DNA from: Ilumatobacteraceae bacterium | GTDB lineage: Bacteria > Actinomycetota > Acidimicrobiia > Acidimicrobiales > Ilumatobacteraceae | Length of the DNA stretch: 64,000 bases | Direction of reading: 5' to 3' | NCBI GenBank assembly: GCA_963850475.1 | Contig: CAWKLM010000010.1 | Span: 90,946-154,945 of the forward strand | Part shown: positions 20,680-32,100 of the stretch, one piece after another | Layout: each line of letters opens with the position of its first letter | Position numbering within the stretch: the stretch's first letter is position 1 | Translations under genes and position numbers: made by a program | The notes under the pieces: generated by a model | Seen by the model: the letters and a program-made list of their open reading frames with translations, nothing else | The model's database searches: none | Told to the model about the DNA's origin: nothing

Positions 20680-21702
20680 GTGAGCGCCTCGGGTTCATAT
20701 CTGGTCGGGCTCGACAACGGCGGCACGGCGAACAAGTTCACGGTGATGGATCGCGAGGGAAACTTCCTGATCGAGCGTCTGGTCGAGCTGCCGAGTCGCG
20801 TCACCGAAGGACCGTCCGCCGCGATCGGCGCGCTCCGCGAGGCCTTCGAGGCGGCGATCGAGTTGGCCGACGTCGATCGGGGGGACGTGCTCGGCGTGGG
20901 CTTCGACACGCCTGGGCCCGCGACGGCTCAGGGTGTGATCTCGTCACACGGCGGCACCAACTTCGCGCACGACGACTGGAAGGGCTACGACTTCCGCACC
21001 GCACTCGAGGACGAACTCGGACTGCCGGTCGTCTACAACAACGACGGCAACGCCGCCGCGCTCTACGCCCACCACCAGCACTTCGGCCCGATCGGCGCAG
21101 AACGATCATCGATCTCGGCGATCGTCGGGACCGGCCTCGGCGGCGGCGTCATCGAGAGCGGACGGATCGTGAAGGGTGCGGCCGGGATGGCGGGCGAGCT
21201 CGGACACGTCCACATCCCGATGACCGGTCTGCTCGACGACGGGCAACCGATACCGAGGTGCAACTGCGGTTTCGTCGGCGATGCCGAGAGCGTTGCGTCG
21301 CTCACCGGTATCCGGAACAACCTCTTGCCCTACTGGCTGACGCGCTACCCCGATCACGAGCTCGCTGGCGCCGACCCGCTCGATGCCGCCAAGCAGGTTC
21401 GCGGCTACGGCGAGCGAGGCGACGAGATGGCCCGCCACATCTTCGAGCAGCAGGCGATGGCGTTGGGCCGTTTGTTCACGATCGCCGCCAACTTCACCGA
21501 CCCCGCCGTGTACCTCCTCGGCGGCGGCGTGATCGAGGCCGAGCCGACGTTCCGCGATTGGTTCCTCGAACGGGTCGAGGAGCACACGTTGTTGCGCGAC
21601 GAGCAGCGCGACGTCGCATCGTTCGCACTCGTGACCGATCTCGACATGGCCGGCGCCCGCGGATCGGCAGTCGCCGCCCTGGGCATGTTGGGTCACGGCT
21701 GA
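20680..21702 (+). CDS. ROK family sugar kinase
   Basis: VGLDNGGT, NNDGNAAA, VGTGLGGG, AGELGH, CNCG. Confidence 0.9.
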   Translation: MSASGSYLVGLDNGGTANKFTVMDREGNFLIERLVELPSRVTEGPSAAIGALREAFEAAIELADVDRGDVLGVGFDTPGPATAQGVISSHGGTNFAHDDWKGYDFRTALEDELGLPVVYNNDGNAAALYAHHQHFGPIGAERSSISAIVGTGLGGGVIESGRIVKGAAGMAGELGHVHIPMTGLLDDGQPIPRCNCGFVGDAESVASLTGIRNNLLPYWLTRYPDHELAGADPLDAAKQVRGYGERGDEMARHIFEQQAMALGRLFTIAANFTDPAVYLLGGGVIEAEPTFRDWFLERVEEHTLLRDEQRDVASFALVTDLDMAGARGSAVAALGMLGHG

Positions 21703-21902
21703 CCCGCGATCGGTTGCGGTGTCCGTCCACACCAGCGCACCTGCTCAACACGATCTCGACCGGCAGAGGCCGAGAGCGGAGCGATGCTCAGACGCGTGCA
21801 GGTGTGCCGGAGCCCGCGCGAACAGCGGTTCCCGGACGTGCGATCGCCGCTGCTGGCCGGGCTCGGGTGCGGCCGGCCGTCGCCGTGGGGCAGGATGGTT
21901 CG

Positions 21903-22637
21903 ATGCCCACACCGGACGGACCACCACCCGCCCCCGCCAACGCGCCCGACCGGCCGCTCGCCGGTATTCGGCACGCCGACGTCCCCGAGGTGGAGCTGAC
22001 CACGGAGCTCGCCGAGCGCCGCGAGGCGGTGGTGGAGCTGGGCGACGCGCTGCGCGATCTGACGTCGCGCTCGATCGGCACCGAGGTCGCCGTCGACGTG
22101 CTGCGCCGGGTCGCTGAGCATGCACGCGAGCTCGCTGTGACGCTGACCGAGCGACAACGTCGTCCCGACGAGCCGTCCTCGGTCGACGACCTGCGCCGCG
22201 GCCAAAGGCCGTACAACCCGGTCGTCGGCCTGGGCAACCCCGTCGCTCCACCGATGCGCGTCGAGATCGTGGACGGCGCCGCGATCGGCTCGTGCACGCT
22301 CGATTGGCGCTACGAGGGGCCCTTCACCTACGCCCACGGTGGGATCAGCGCGTTGCTCCTGGACCAGATCATGGGCTACGCCGCTGCGGCGGCGGGCCAC
22401 CCGGGGGTCACCGGCAGGTTGGAGGTGCGCTACCGGGCGACGGTTCCCCTCGGCCAGCCGCTGCACCTGCAAGCCCGGCTCATCGACGTGCTCGGCATCC
22501 GGGCGGCGGTCCGGGGCTCGATCAGCCTCGCAACCGCCCCCGACGACGCGCTCGTCGAGGCCGAGGGGCGGTTCCTGGCGTTGCGTCCGGAGCAGGCCAC
22601 CCGTCTGTTCGGCGGTGTCTCCGGACGCTCCATCTGA
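21903..22637 (+). CDS. PaaI/hotdog-fold thioesterase
   Basis: NPVVGLGNPVAPP, YEGPFTYAHGGISALLLDQIMG. Confidence 0.85.
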   Translation: MPTPDGPPPAPANAPDRPLAGIRHADVPEVELTTELAERREAVVELGDALRDLTSRSIGTEVAVDVLRRVAEHARELAVTLTERQRRPDEPSSVDDLRRGQRPYNPVVGLGNPVAPPMRVEIVDGAAIGSCTLDWRYEGPFTYAHGGISALLLDQIMGYAAAAAGHPGVTGRLEVRYRATVPLGQPLHLQARLIDVLGIRAAVRGSISLATAPDDALVEAEGRFLALRPEQATRLFGGVSGRSI

Positions 22638-22801
22638 AATCCGGGCCCGGCGAGCGATCAGTCCCGGGCCACACCCGCTGCGGATCCCCCTGCTTCTTCG
22701 AGAACTTGCCGGGGCTTCGTTGAGGACCTTCTCCCCTGTTGCCGGTCCGGCGAGCATCGCAGTGTGCAAGCAGCAGCACCCCGGGAAGGAGTCACGAGAT
22801 C

Positions 22802-23416
22802 GTGCGCATTGTTGCGGGCATTCTGGTGGGCCTCGTGCTGTTCACGTCGTGTGGGAGCGACGCCGATTCCGAATCGGATACCTCGAGCGTGCTCACCGAA
22901 GAGGATCAAGCCCTCGTCGAGGAGCTCCGCGAATTGGCGACCGACGACGAGGAGGCCTTGGACGAGGGACTCGAGCGGGCCGCCGAGCGGTCGGGAGATG
23001 CTGCCGATGCTGCGGTCGCCATCGACGTCTCACCGTGTGATCTCGTCACGACCGACGAGGTCGAAGCGATCACCGGTTTCGCCGTCGAGGTGGTGACCGA
23101 CGAGCCCCCCATGGGTTGCCGTTTCGATCTCGTGGCCGACAGCGACCTCTACATCCTGATCACTGTCGATGACGGTCAAGGCCGCCTCGGAGGCCCAGCG
23201 GCGGTCTTCCTGCGAGACCAGGACGAGGGCAGCGAGAGCCCCTTCGAGCCGATCGAGAACGTGGGCGAACGAGCGCTCTACGCGGGGCGCGGGCTCTCGG
23301 TTGATGCCGGTGACGGTCGGTACTTCTTCATCGGCGTCGGAGGCCAATACCTCGAGTTGGCAGAACCTCTTGACCAGGTGATCGCGTTGGCCGAGTTGGG
23401 GCTCGCCCGCCTCTGA
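22802..23416 (+). CDS. Acidic lipoprotein
   Basis: LVLFTSC lipobox; SPCDLVTTDEVEAITG, IENVGERA. Confidence 0.7.
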   Translation: MRIVAGILVGLVLFTSCGSDADSESDTSSVLTEEDQALVEELRELATDDEEALDEGLERAAERSGDAADAAVAIDVSPCDLVTTDEVEAITGFAVEVVTDEPPMGCRFDLVADSDLYILITVDDGQGRLGGPAAVFLRDQDEGSESPFEPIENVGERALYAGRGLSVDAGDGRYFFIGVGGQYLELAEPLDQVIALAELGLARL

Positions 23417-23546
23417 GCACATGCTTCAGCGCTGACGGCGGGTGTTCACAGATCGGGTTCGGGCCTCCGTTTCACCGAACCACCGAAACATGCTTCGTGG
23501 CGGGCACCAACCGACGATCCGAGGCATCCAGACCGTGCAACGTCGC

Positions 23547-24236
23547 TCAACGATGGCTCGCCTCGGCGCCGATTGTCTCGGAACACAGCCCTTGGTGGGT
23601 CTGCAATTCGATTGCCAAGTCGTATTCGACGAAGGGGACATCGAGGTGTCGGCGGCGCAGCCCGCGGCGAAGCGCCCGGACAAACATGCCCTCGCCTTCT
23701 CTGCGGGCCGCGCCCATCAAGGCGGAGTTGAACCTGCGGGCGTCCACCGTTGCCACGTCGACACGGGCGATGACCTCCAACGATTGCGACACATCGAGGG
23801 TGTGGAACACCCCACACGATGGTGACGATCCGACCCCCATGATCCCGACGACCGCGAAGCCGGACCGGTCGTAGTCGGCGATGTCGCGGACGACCTGCCG
23901 CGCCAGGCGTGCGTACACGAAGCGGGAGTGCCACAGGAACACCCGGGTCAATGGGCGCCGCAACCGGTAGATCATCGTTCCGTTCGAGCCATGGACGATC
24001 GCGAGATGCCGTTTGAGCACTCCTCCCCACGCCCGCTGCTCGGGGCAAGGCATCTGGTAGATGCCGACTCCCTCGTCCTGGAACCGGTCCACCAGTTCAT
24101 CGACGCTGCCGGGGTGCCCCGCCCCACCCAGATAGCGGACGTTCTCGTTCAGGATGCAGTGGGACACGAAGATGACGCGCCGACTGCGTCTGTCACCGAG
24201 GGCGACTTGAAGGTGTTCCAGGTTTGTGTTGCGCAC
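23547..24236 (-). CDS. DUF523 / TudS-related putative Fe-S desulfidase
   Basis: SHCILNEN, QMPCPEQ, SSPSCG three-Cys pattern. Confidence 0.75.
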   Translation of the reverse strand: MRNTNLEHLQVALGDRRSRRVIFVSHCILNENVRYLGGAGHPGSVDELVDRFQDEGVGIYQMPCPEQRAWGGVLKRHLAIVHGSNGTMIYRLRRPLTRVFLWHSRFVYARLARQVVRDIADYDRSGFAVVGIMGVGSSPSCGVFHTLDVSQSLEVIARVDVATVDARRFNSALMGAARREGEGMFVRALRRGLRRRHLDVPFVEYDLAIELQTHQGLCSETIGAEASHR

Positions 24237-24472
24237 GGGATGCTCCTCCCGACGCTTCGACACTCGCATCGAGGATCGCCCAACGGCAGGGGCCAACGTC
24301 CTGATCGGGCTGGCGGACCATGCGCTCGCACGAGACTCGTTCCCTGCTCGCCGGGACCGGCCGCACCCGGCAGAGACGGCGGCGACCGGGTTGCGGGCTC
24401 GGTATCGGTTCTGTGCGCAGCCGTGGCGAACGCCCGTGTTCATCGGACCGACCGAGCTGCGATACTCGGCTC

Positions 24473-24697
24473 ATGGCGAGCGGTCGTGCCGTCGAACCTG
24501 CCAGCTCGAGCGGTGTCGGTCCCGCGCTGCTGCTCGGCGGTGCCGGCTTCCTGTTCTACCGGACGATCGCGTTGCTCACCGGTGACGCCCGAACCGTGCT
24601 CGAGCATTGGACCTGGAGCGGAGTCGTCTTCGCAGGCGTGATGTCGGTGCTCGGCTTCTTCGGGGTTCTGGTCGTGTGGCCCTTCCGCCGCAGGTAG
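24473..24697 (+). CDS. Small membrane protein (74 aa, two TM)
   Basis: Two hydrophobic segments and basic C-terminus WPFRRR. Confidence 0.45.
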   Translation: MASGRAVEPASSSGVGPALLLGGAGFLFYRTIALLTGDARTVLEHWTWSGVVFAGVMSVLGFFGVLVVWPFRRR

Positions 24698-24737
24698 GCG
24701 GGGGCTGAGTGCCCGTTCTCCAGCTGGGTGCAGATGG

Positions 24738-27700
24738 TCAGATCGGTGCGCATCCGCCCAGTGTCGAGGAGCAACCGAGCGACAGGTCCGTCATCCCGTT
24801 CTCGAACTGGGTCTTGACCGGTCCCTTGATCTCGCACTTCGCCTGGGCGACGTCGGGGTTGCTCTTGGCGCAGAGGATGATGCGGCATTCGAAGCCGATC
24901 TCGAACGGCCCGGCGCTGCAGCTGTTCTGGGCGTAGATCTCCTGACCGCGTCGACCCTGGTTGGGGTTGAAGCCGACCCCGCCACCGGGGGTGCCACCAC
25001 CGCCGCCGAGGCAGACCGAGCATCCGCTGTCGTCGCAGGCGACCTCGAACTCGATGCAGGCGCCGTAGGCGCACACCTGTATCGACCCGGCCGCAGCTCC
25101 GGTCAGGTCCTGCAGGGTCGTGGGCTGGTTCCGCACGTAGCGGTACAGGTTGGCGTCGCCGGAGTCGATCAGGGTCGGGTCGGGCTGCAACCAGCGTCCG
25201 GTTGCCGGGTCGTAGTCGCGGACACCCATCCGCACCAGGCCGGTGTCGGCGTCGTCGATGCCGCCGCCGTAGCCGATCGGCAGGTCGAACGTGCCGGTGG
25301 AGGACCGCAGCACACCCCAGGCGGTGTAGTCACGCGACAGCACGACCGTCCCGGTGTCGTCGATCACGACGATCGGCGTGCCGACCACGTCGGTCGCAAC
25401 GCTGAACCAGTCGCCGTCACGGCGCAGCGCCGTGAGGAAGCGGGTTCCCTGCTCGTGGACGTACTCGGTCACGACGGGGGTCCCACCGCCGGTCGGGGTG
25501 TCGACGGTGGCGGTGACGAGGGTGCTCTCGTCGAAGTCGCCGTACAGGTACACGGTCGTGTTGCCCGCAGGGTCCACCCGAGCGGTGCGGCGGCCGATCG
25601 CGTCGTAGCTGTAGGTGGCGATGGTTCCGCCGCCGTCGCTGACCTCGACCAGCTCACCGGTCGGCAGGTGATCGAGCGTCAGGCCGCGGATACCGGTGAC
25701 CTGTCCGTTGGCGTTGCTGGTCACCGCGGCGCCGTCGAGGGTTTGCAGCCGGTCCGACGTGTCGTAGGTGGCGGTGGTCGTTCCGCCGCCTTCGGTCACC
25801 GCGGTGCGGTTGCCTCGCTGGTCGTACGTGTAGCTGGCGATCACGGTGTCCGATCCGTCGCGGACGGTCGTCAACTGCCCGTCGGTGTCGTACTCGTAGC
25901 GCTCGATGGTGGTCGCGCCGCTGACGGTCACGGTTCGTTCGGTGACGCGGCCGGCGTTGTCGCGTGTCACGTCGACGTCGACGACATCGACGGGCGACGG
26001 ACCGCCGGTGTCGACGGTGATCGTCGTCCCGGTCGGTTGCTGCAGCGTGTCGGCATCGTGGCGCACCGTCGTAGTGCCGTCATCGGCACCGGAGACCATC
26101 TGCCCCGGGTTGCCGAAGGCCCACGTCCACGGCCCGGTCGCCGCAACCTGCCCGAGCTGGTCGATGTCGAAGGAGATCGGGAGCTCACTGTCCAGTTGGC
26201 GTGCCGCGATCGCATAGCTGCCGAAGTAGCTCCCGCTGCCGTTGTTGCCGTCGTAGGCGTAGGTATGGGCCTGGCCGCCGGCGTTGGTGGTGAGGCTGCC
26301 GGGGACCGACGCGCCGTAGGTCCTCGACAACGACACCTCGCCCGCGCCGACCCCCGTGTCCGGGGTCCAGGTGGCTGTCGACCAGGTGTTGATCGAGCCG
26401 GCGTCGCTGAACGTGCGTGGGTCCCGACCGTCGCGGTACGTGAAGGCCGTTTCGGCGCCGAGGACGTCGGTACCGGTCAATTGGCCGTCGAGGACGGTCT
26501 GATTCTCCACCGACCCGTCGGGCCGCGTGATCGACTCGACGCGACGGTCATCGTCGTAGGTCCAGGTCGTCGGGACCACGTCGTCGGGCGACTGGTGGGA
26601 GGCGAGGAAGCCGTTGGGGGTGTGACCGATCGTGTGGTCGGCCCCCGCGCCCTGGCCGAAGCCGGTCCGGTGGTCACGGGCATCCCAGGTGTTGGTGGTG
26701 ACCCGGCCGGCGGGGGAGGTGAGCGAGACCAGACGGTCAGCGGCGTCGTACACGTGCGACCACGTCTCACCCTCGCCGTTGGTGACCGTGCTGGGCCTTC
26801 CGAGGTTGTCGTAGGTGACGATCTCGACGTGGTCACCCTGCCTGGTCTCGATGACGCGGCCACGTGCGTCGCGGGTGGTCGTCCGGGGCTCCACTCCCGG
26901 CCCGGCGACGTGGCTGGCCACGGCCTCCTGCGGCGAGAAGGTGGTGGTCAGCACCCGACCGTCGAGCTGGGTGATCGTCTCGGTCCGGGTGCCTGTGTCG
27001 TAGGTCCGGGAGCCCTGGCTTCCGTCGTCGTAGGTGACCGTTGTCGTCAGCTGCTCCAGCGAGAGCGGGTTCAGCGGATCGGTGAAGGTGGCCGACCAGT
27101 CGGTTGACACCGTGCGGCTGGCGAACACGCCCCCAGGGGCGAACTGGCTTTCCGACCGCTCGACCTCGACCCGCACGAGGTCGCCGAACTGGGGGTGCGG
27201 ACCGTAGGTGATGTACCGCTGGAACCCGTCGGGCAGGGTGATCGTGACGGTGGACCCGTCGGGGGACGCCTCCACCGTCGAGACCGCACCGGTGGGGTTG
27301 GTCACGGAGGAACTGACCTGTCCGAACGCCTGCGCGATCTCGTACACGCTGGTGTCACGTGGCCCGGACGGGTCGCCGACGCGCACGGTGATGGTGCGGC
27401 CCGACCGGTCCGAGCCGGGCGGCCCGAAGCCGTAGCGGACGGGGAGGATGTCGGTGCGCTCGAGCTCCGTGCGCTGCCCGTCGGCGGCGACAGCCAGGAC
27501 CAGACGGCCGTACTGGTCGTATGCGTAGCTGGACGTGCCACCGGCCGGGTCGGTCTGGCCGATCAGGAGCCCGTCGTCGTAGCTCAGGTTGCGCATACGT
27601 CCGGCAGGATCGACGATCTTGGTCATCATCCCGTCGCTGAGGGTCAGTTCGGCTCGACGGCCGTACGCGTCGATGATGGCAGCGGGGGTGCCGTCGGGCG

Positions 27701-30700
27701 TGCGTTCGATGGTGGTGACGTTGCCCCACCGATCGGTCCGGGTGACCAGCCAGCCCTCGTCGTCGTAGCCGAAGGTGGTCAGGATCGCGCCCGTCCGAGC
27801 GCTCAGTGTGGCCAGGTGGCGGCGGTCGGCGGAGAACGCCCAGATCTCGGTGCCCGCCTCGTCGGGGATGCCGTAGACGATCGGCTCACCATCGATGGCG
27901 CTGCCGAGCAGCGGATCGTCGCCCGGAAGGGCGGTCAGGTCTCGGCTGCCGCCGCCGAGGACGACGATCTCACCGTGCCGATCCAGCGGAGCCGTGCCGA
28001 ACAGCGGCCGCCCTGCGATGACGACCGGGGTGCCGTCGGGGCTGACGTCCAGGCCCGTCGGCGGCGGGATCTCGCTCGAAGGGCCGCTGCGGCCCGGGAT
28101 CCCGACGCCGGCATCCAGGCCGGCGACATAGCCCGACGGCAGGCCCGGCTCGAAGGCCGCAAGGTAGAAGGGGTTGCCCACGAACCGGGTCTGGCCGGTC
28201 CCGAACGCCACGCCGTTTGCGGCGCCGACGTCGGAGTACTCGTCGTCGCGGTACTGCGTCGCGACTCCGTCCACGCCGATCTCGACGTAACCGCCGAAGA
28301 ACCCCTGCACGGTGGGCTCGGGCAGCCCGATTCCGACGACGTCCCCGTCGCTGCTGACGTCGACCGAGGTCGGTGCGTCCAACCGGATGTCGCCGCGGAA
28401 GCACTCCTGCTCACCCGGGTCCTGCTCGTCGTCGCGATCGGCGTCGGCGAAGCCGCCCACGCACAGGGCCTTGGGTTGGGCGAACGTCCCGACCTCGGGG
28501 TACACGTCGAGGGTGCCGCCACCGGCGTAGTGGACGATCTCCCCGTCGGCGGCGATGCGGCGGACCACGTCGTTGCCGGTGTCCGCGACGAACACCGCGC
28601 CGTCGCTGGTGATCGCCACGTCCATCGGGGCGTCGAGTTGGGCGGCGGTCGCCGCACCTCCGTCGCCGGAGTAGCCGGGGCTGCCCGTCCCGGCAACAGT
28701 CGTGATCGTGCCGTCGGGGGCGATCCGGCGGATCACGTGGTTGCCGGTGTCGGCGATCCACAGGCTCCCGTCGGGATGACGGTCGATGCCGTTGGGGTTG
28801 TCGAAGGTGGCGGTGACCGCTGCGCCACCGTCGCCGCCGAACCCGGGTGCGCCCGTCCCGGCGACGGTGACGATCGACGAGGTCGCCCGGTCGATCAGGC
28901 GGACGCGGTTTCGGGTGCCCTCGGTGAGGACGATGTCGCCGTTGGGGGCCACGACCACGCCGGTGGCCTCGACCTCGGCGTCGGCGGCCGCGATTCCCTC
29001 GCTGGTCGAGTCGCTGCCTCCGGTGATCATCCGAGCCGTCGGGTACGTGTCGCCGGCGGTCCCGCGGACGCTCCCGTCGCCCTTGCTGACGGTGGTCCCG
29101 TCGGTGGACAGGGAGTGGTGGTCGGTCAGCGACCAGCCGCCGAGCTGGCGGCTGTCCGGTGTGCCGTTGCGCACCGTTCCGACCCAGAAGCCCATGCTGT
29201 TGACCGAGATGGTCCGCCCGTCGGGCAGGTCGGCGGAGAACAGGTCGAGGTCGTCCAGGCTGAGCGGTGGGAGGGGGAACTCGAACGGCTGGTAGGTCGG
29301 CACGATGATGTAGTTGGGATCCAACCGGATCGGGACCTCGCCGACGACCGGCCGGCCGTAGCGGTCCAGCCCGTCCCAGGTGAACACGCCGATGTCGTCG
29401 GGTTGGGGGTTGGGGTACTGCTGGATGATCTCGCGGCCGGCGACCTGCCAGACGAGTTGCACCTCGCGGATGGCCTCGTTGACGGTGTCGGAGGCGATCA
29501 GGTCGACCTGAACCGTGCGGTCGTCGATGTAGCCGACCTGACGGTCGCTGACGTAGGCGATGGCCGTGTCGGCGCCGACGTCGACGGTCTCACCCAGACT
29601 CTGGGATTCGCAGCGGATGGTCGAGCTGCCGCTCCGCTCGCACGGGTCGTTGGAGTCGGGCTGCTCGGGCGGGTCGGGTGCCAGTTCCTTGATGCTCTTG
29701 CTGGCGGCGTTGTCGTCGTAGGAGGAGAAGTGGGTGACCAGCTTGCGGACCACGGTGTCGCCGGGGGCGAACGTGGCGGCCAGCGAGCGCAGCTCGACCT
29801 CGCTGAACCCGGCGCCCGCCGGAGTATTGGTCACATCGTCGGGCTGGTCGTCGCCGTCGAGGTCGATCGTGGCCACGTCGCCGCCGGGGCCGTCGTCGGT
29901 GGTGAGCACCTTGACCACGATCCCGTCGCCGGCATTCAGCCACGCGTGCAGTTGGGTGTCGTAGTAGCCGACCGGCATGGGGAACCCGACCTCGAATCCG
30001 AGGAAGTTGGTGGTGTGGACCGCGACGGGCTGGTCGAAGTCGACCCGACGTGCGTCGAGGGCCTCGACCTCGTCGATGGAGTACTCGGCGGCGTAGGTGT
30101 ACTGGCTCGTGGCGGGCAGGTCGGCCGGCATCGCCAACGGGCCGTTCTCGCCGACGGTGAACTCGGTCGCTCTGACGGTGAAGCTGCCGTCCAGCGGCCG
30201 GCTGGTCCCGTCGGTGAGGGTGACGGTCGCGGACAGGTTCGGCGGGAACACCAGGTGCGCAGTGCGCTGGCCGTCGTCATCGACCACCAGGGAGGAGGAG
30301 TGGGTGCCGCCGCCCGCTGGGTCGATGACGGTGGCGGCGGTGTCGCGCTGCAGCAGGACGACGTCGCCCACAACGGCCCAGTCCTCCCACGGCACATCGA
30401 CCGTCCGCTCGACGGGGATGTGGTCGTCGAGGGTGAACGTGACGGTGAGCGGCTGGCCGCCGAGGACGACCAGGTCGTACTGGCCATCGGCGCGCGAGAT
30501 GGTCCGGCCGAACTCGGGGTGATCGGCGATTTCAACGGTTGCGCCGGGGAGGGGGTCGCCGTCGCGGTCCAGGAGTCGGCCGGCGACGACGGCAACGTGC
30601 TGGTCGTCGAAGGCGGTGGTGTCCAGGCCCGTCTGCACCGGGTCGGGGCCCTCGTACAGGAAGGCGACGGAGTCGGCGAAGATCGTCTGACCCGTGGCGG

Positions 30701-32100
30701 GGTTCGGCGGGGCGTCGATGACCGGCAGGTTCGGGGTCGGTGGCGGCGTGGGCGTCGTCGTGGTGGTCGTCGTGCTCGTCGTGCTCGTCGTGCTCGTCGT
30801 GGTGTTCGTGGTGTTCGTGGTCGTCGAGGATGGCGTGATGTGGGCGACGACATCGAGGGCGTAGTGCGATGTGGTGGACGTATAGAGGCACACCTCGCCG
30901 GCCGGGTTGAGTGCAACGGTGGTCGCGTTCGCGATGTTCACCCCAGGCGTGTAGTTCAACGTCGACGCCGTCGGCCGCGTGGGCGTGCACGGATACAAAG
31001 TCGCGAACCCGCGACCCTCGTTCTGGATCGCGGTGATGTTCAACTCGACACCCACCGCACCAGCAGGCACATTCCCGCGCCCAGCGATCTTCACCTTCGT
31101 GAACGAACCCGCCTGCACCTTGCCCGCGCCCTCGAACTCGTCGTCGATCGTCTCACCGTTCGAGCGGGTGTCCAACAGACGCGCCGGAACCACCGTCCCC
31201 ACATCCGAACCAGCCGGAACAAACGCCACAACATCCAACGCGTAGTGCGATGTGGTGGACGTATAGAGGCACACCTCGCCGGCCGGGTTGAGTGCAACGG
31301 TGGTCGCGTTCGCGATGTTCACCCCAGGCGTGTAGTTCAACGTCGACGCCGTCGGCCGCGTGGGCGTGCACGGATACAAAGTCGCGAACCCGCGACCCTC
31401 GTTCTGGATCGCGGTGATGTTCAACTCGACACCCACCGCACCAGCAGGCACATTCCCGCGCCCAGCGATCTTCACCTTCGTGAACGAACCCGCCTGCACC
31501 TTGCCCGCGCCCTCGAACTCGCCGTCGATCGTCTCACCGTTCGAGCGGGTGTCCAACAGACGCGCCGGAACCACCGTCCCCACATCCGAACCAGCCGGAA
31601 CAAACGCCACAACATCCAACGCGTAGTGCGATGTGGTGGACGTATAGAGGCACACCTCGCCGGCCGGGTTGAGTGCAACGGTGGTCGCGTTCGCGATGTT
31701 CACCCCAGGCGTGTAGTTCAACGTCGACGCCGTCGGCCGCGTGGGCGTGCACGGATACAAAGTCGCGAACCCGCGACCCTCGTTCTGGATCGCGGTGATG
31801 TTCAACTCGACACCCACCGCACCAGCAGGCACATTCCCGCGCCCAGCGATCTTCACCTTCGTGAACGAACCCGCCTGCACCTTGCCCGCGCCCTCGAACT
31901 CGCCGTCGATCGGTCTCACCGTTCGAGCGGGTGTCCAACAGACGCGCCGGAACCACCGTCCCCACATCACCAACACCGTCATCAGCCTGCGAAATGCTGT
32001 TCGACTGCGCCGCCACAACGAGACCCGACACCACAATCGCCAACGCCGACACCGACCCAAACCAAGCGGCCCGACGATCAGACCTCAACTGCAACAACAT
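24738..32100 (-). CDS. Secreted bacterial teneurin-like RHS/YD-repeat protein (~2453 aa after removing one extra base at ~31911)
   Basis: GGAGG RBS and signal peptide; 3 PARLLDTR repeats; Thr linker; teneurin TTR-like and FN-plug motifs; NHL repeats; YD repeats; RDYDPATGRWLQPDP..NLYRYVRNQPTTLQDLTG core. Confidence 0.9.
30745..30830 (-). repeat. 9-bp microrepeats encoding Thr/Ser/Pro linker
   Basis: (gtgctcgtc)n and (gtggtgttc)n on +; SSTTTNTTNTTTSTTSTTSTTTTTTTPTPPP. Confidence 0.8.
30859..31968. repeat. Tandem repeat, 381-bp unit x ~2.9, nearly identical
   Basis: Same sequence starts at 30859, 31240 and 31621; differences seen are one D/G codon and one extra base. Confidence 0.95.

Noticed and set aside
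24473-24697. Immunity protein for the RHS cargo
   Set aside because: Opposite strand and convergent; nothing links it to the RHS gene
30859-31968. CRISPR-like or DGR-like repeat
   Set aside because: 381-bp in-frame coding units with no spacers, no adenine-specific variation, and no cas or reverse transcriptase gene in the window
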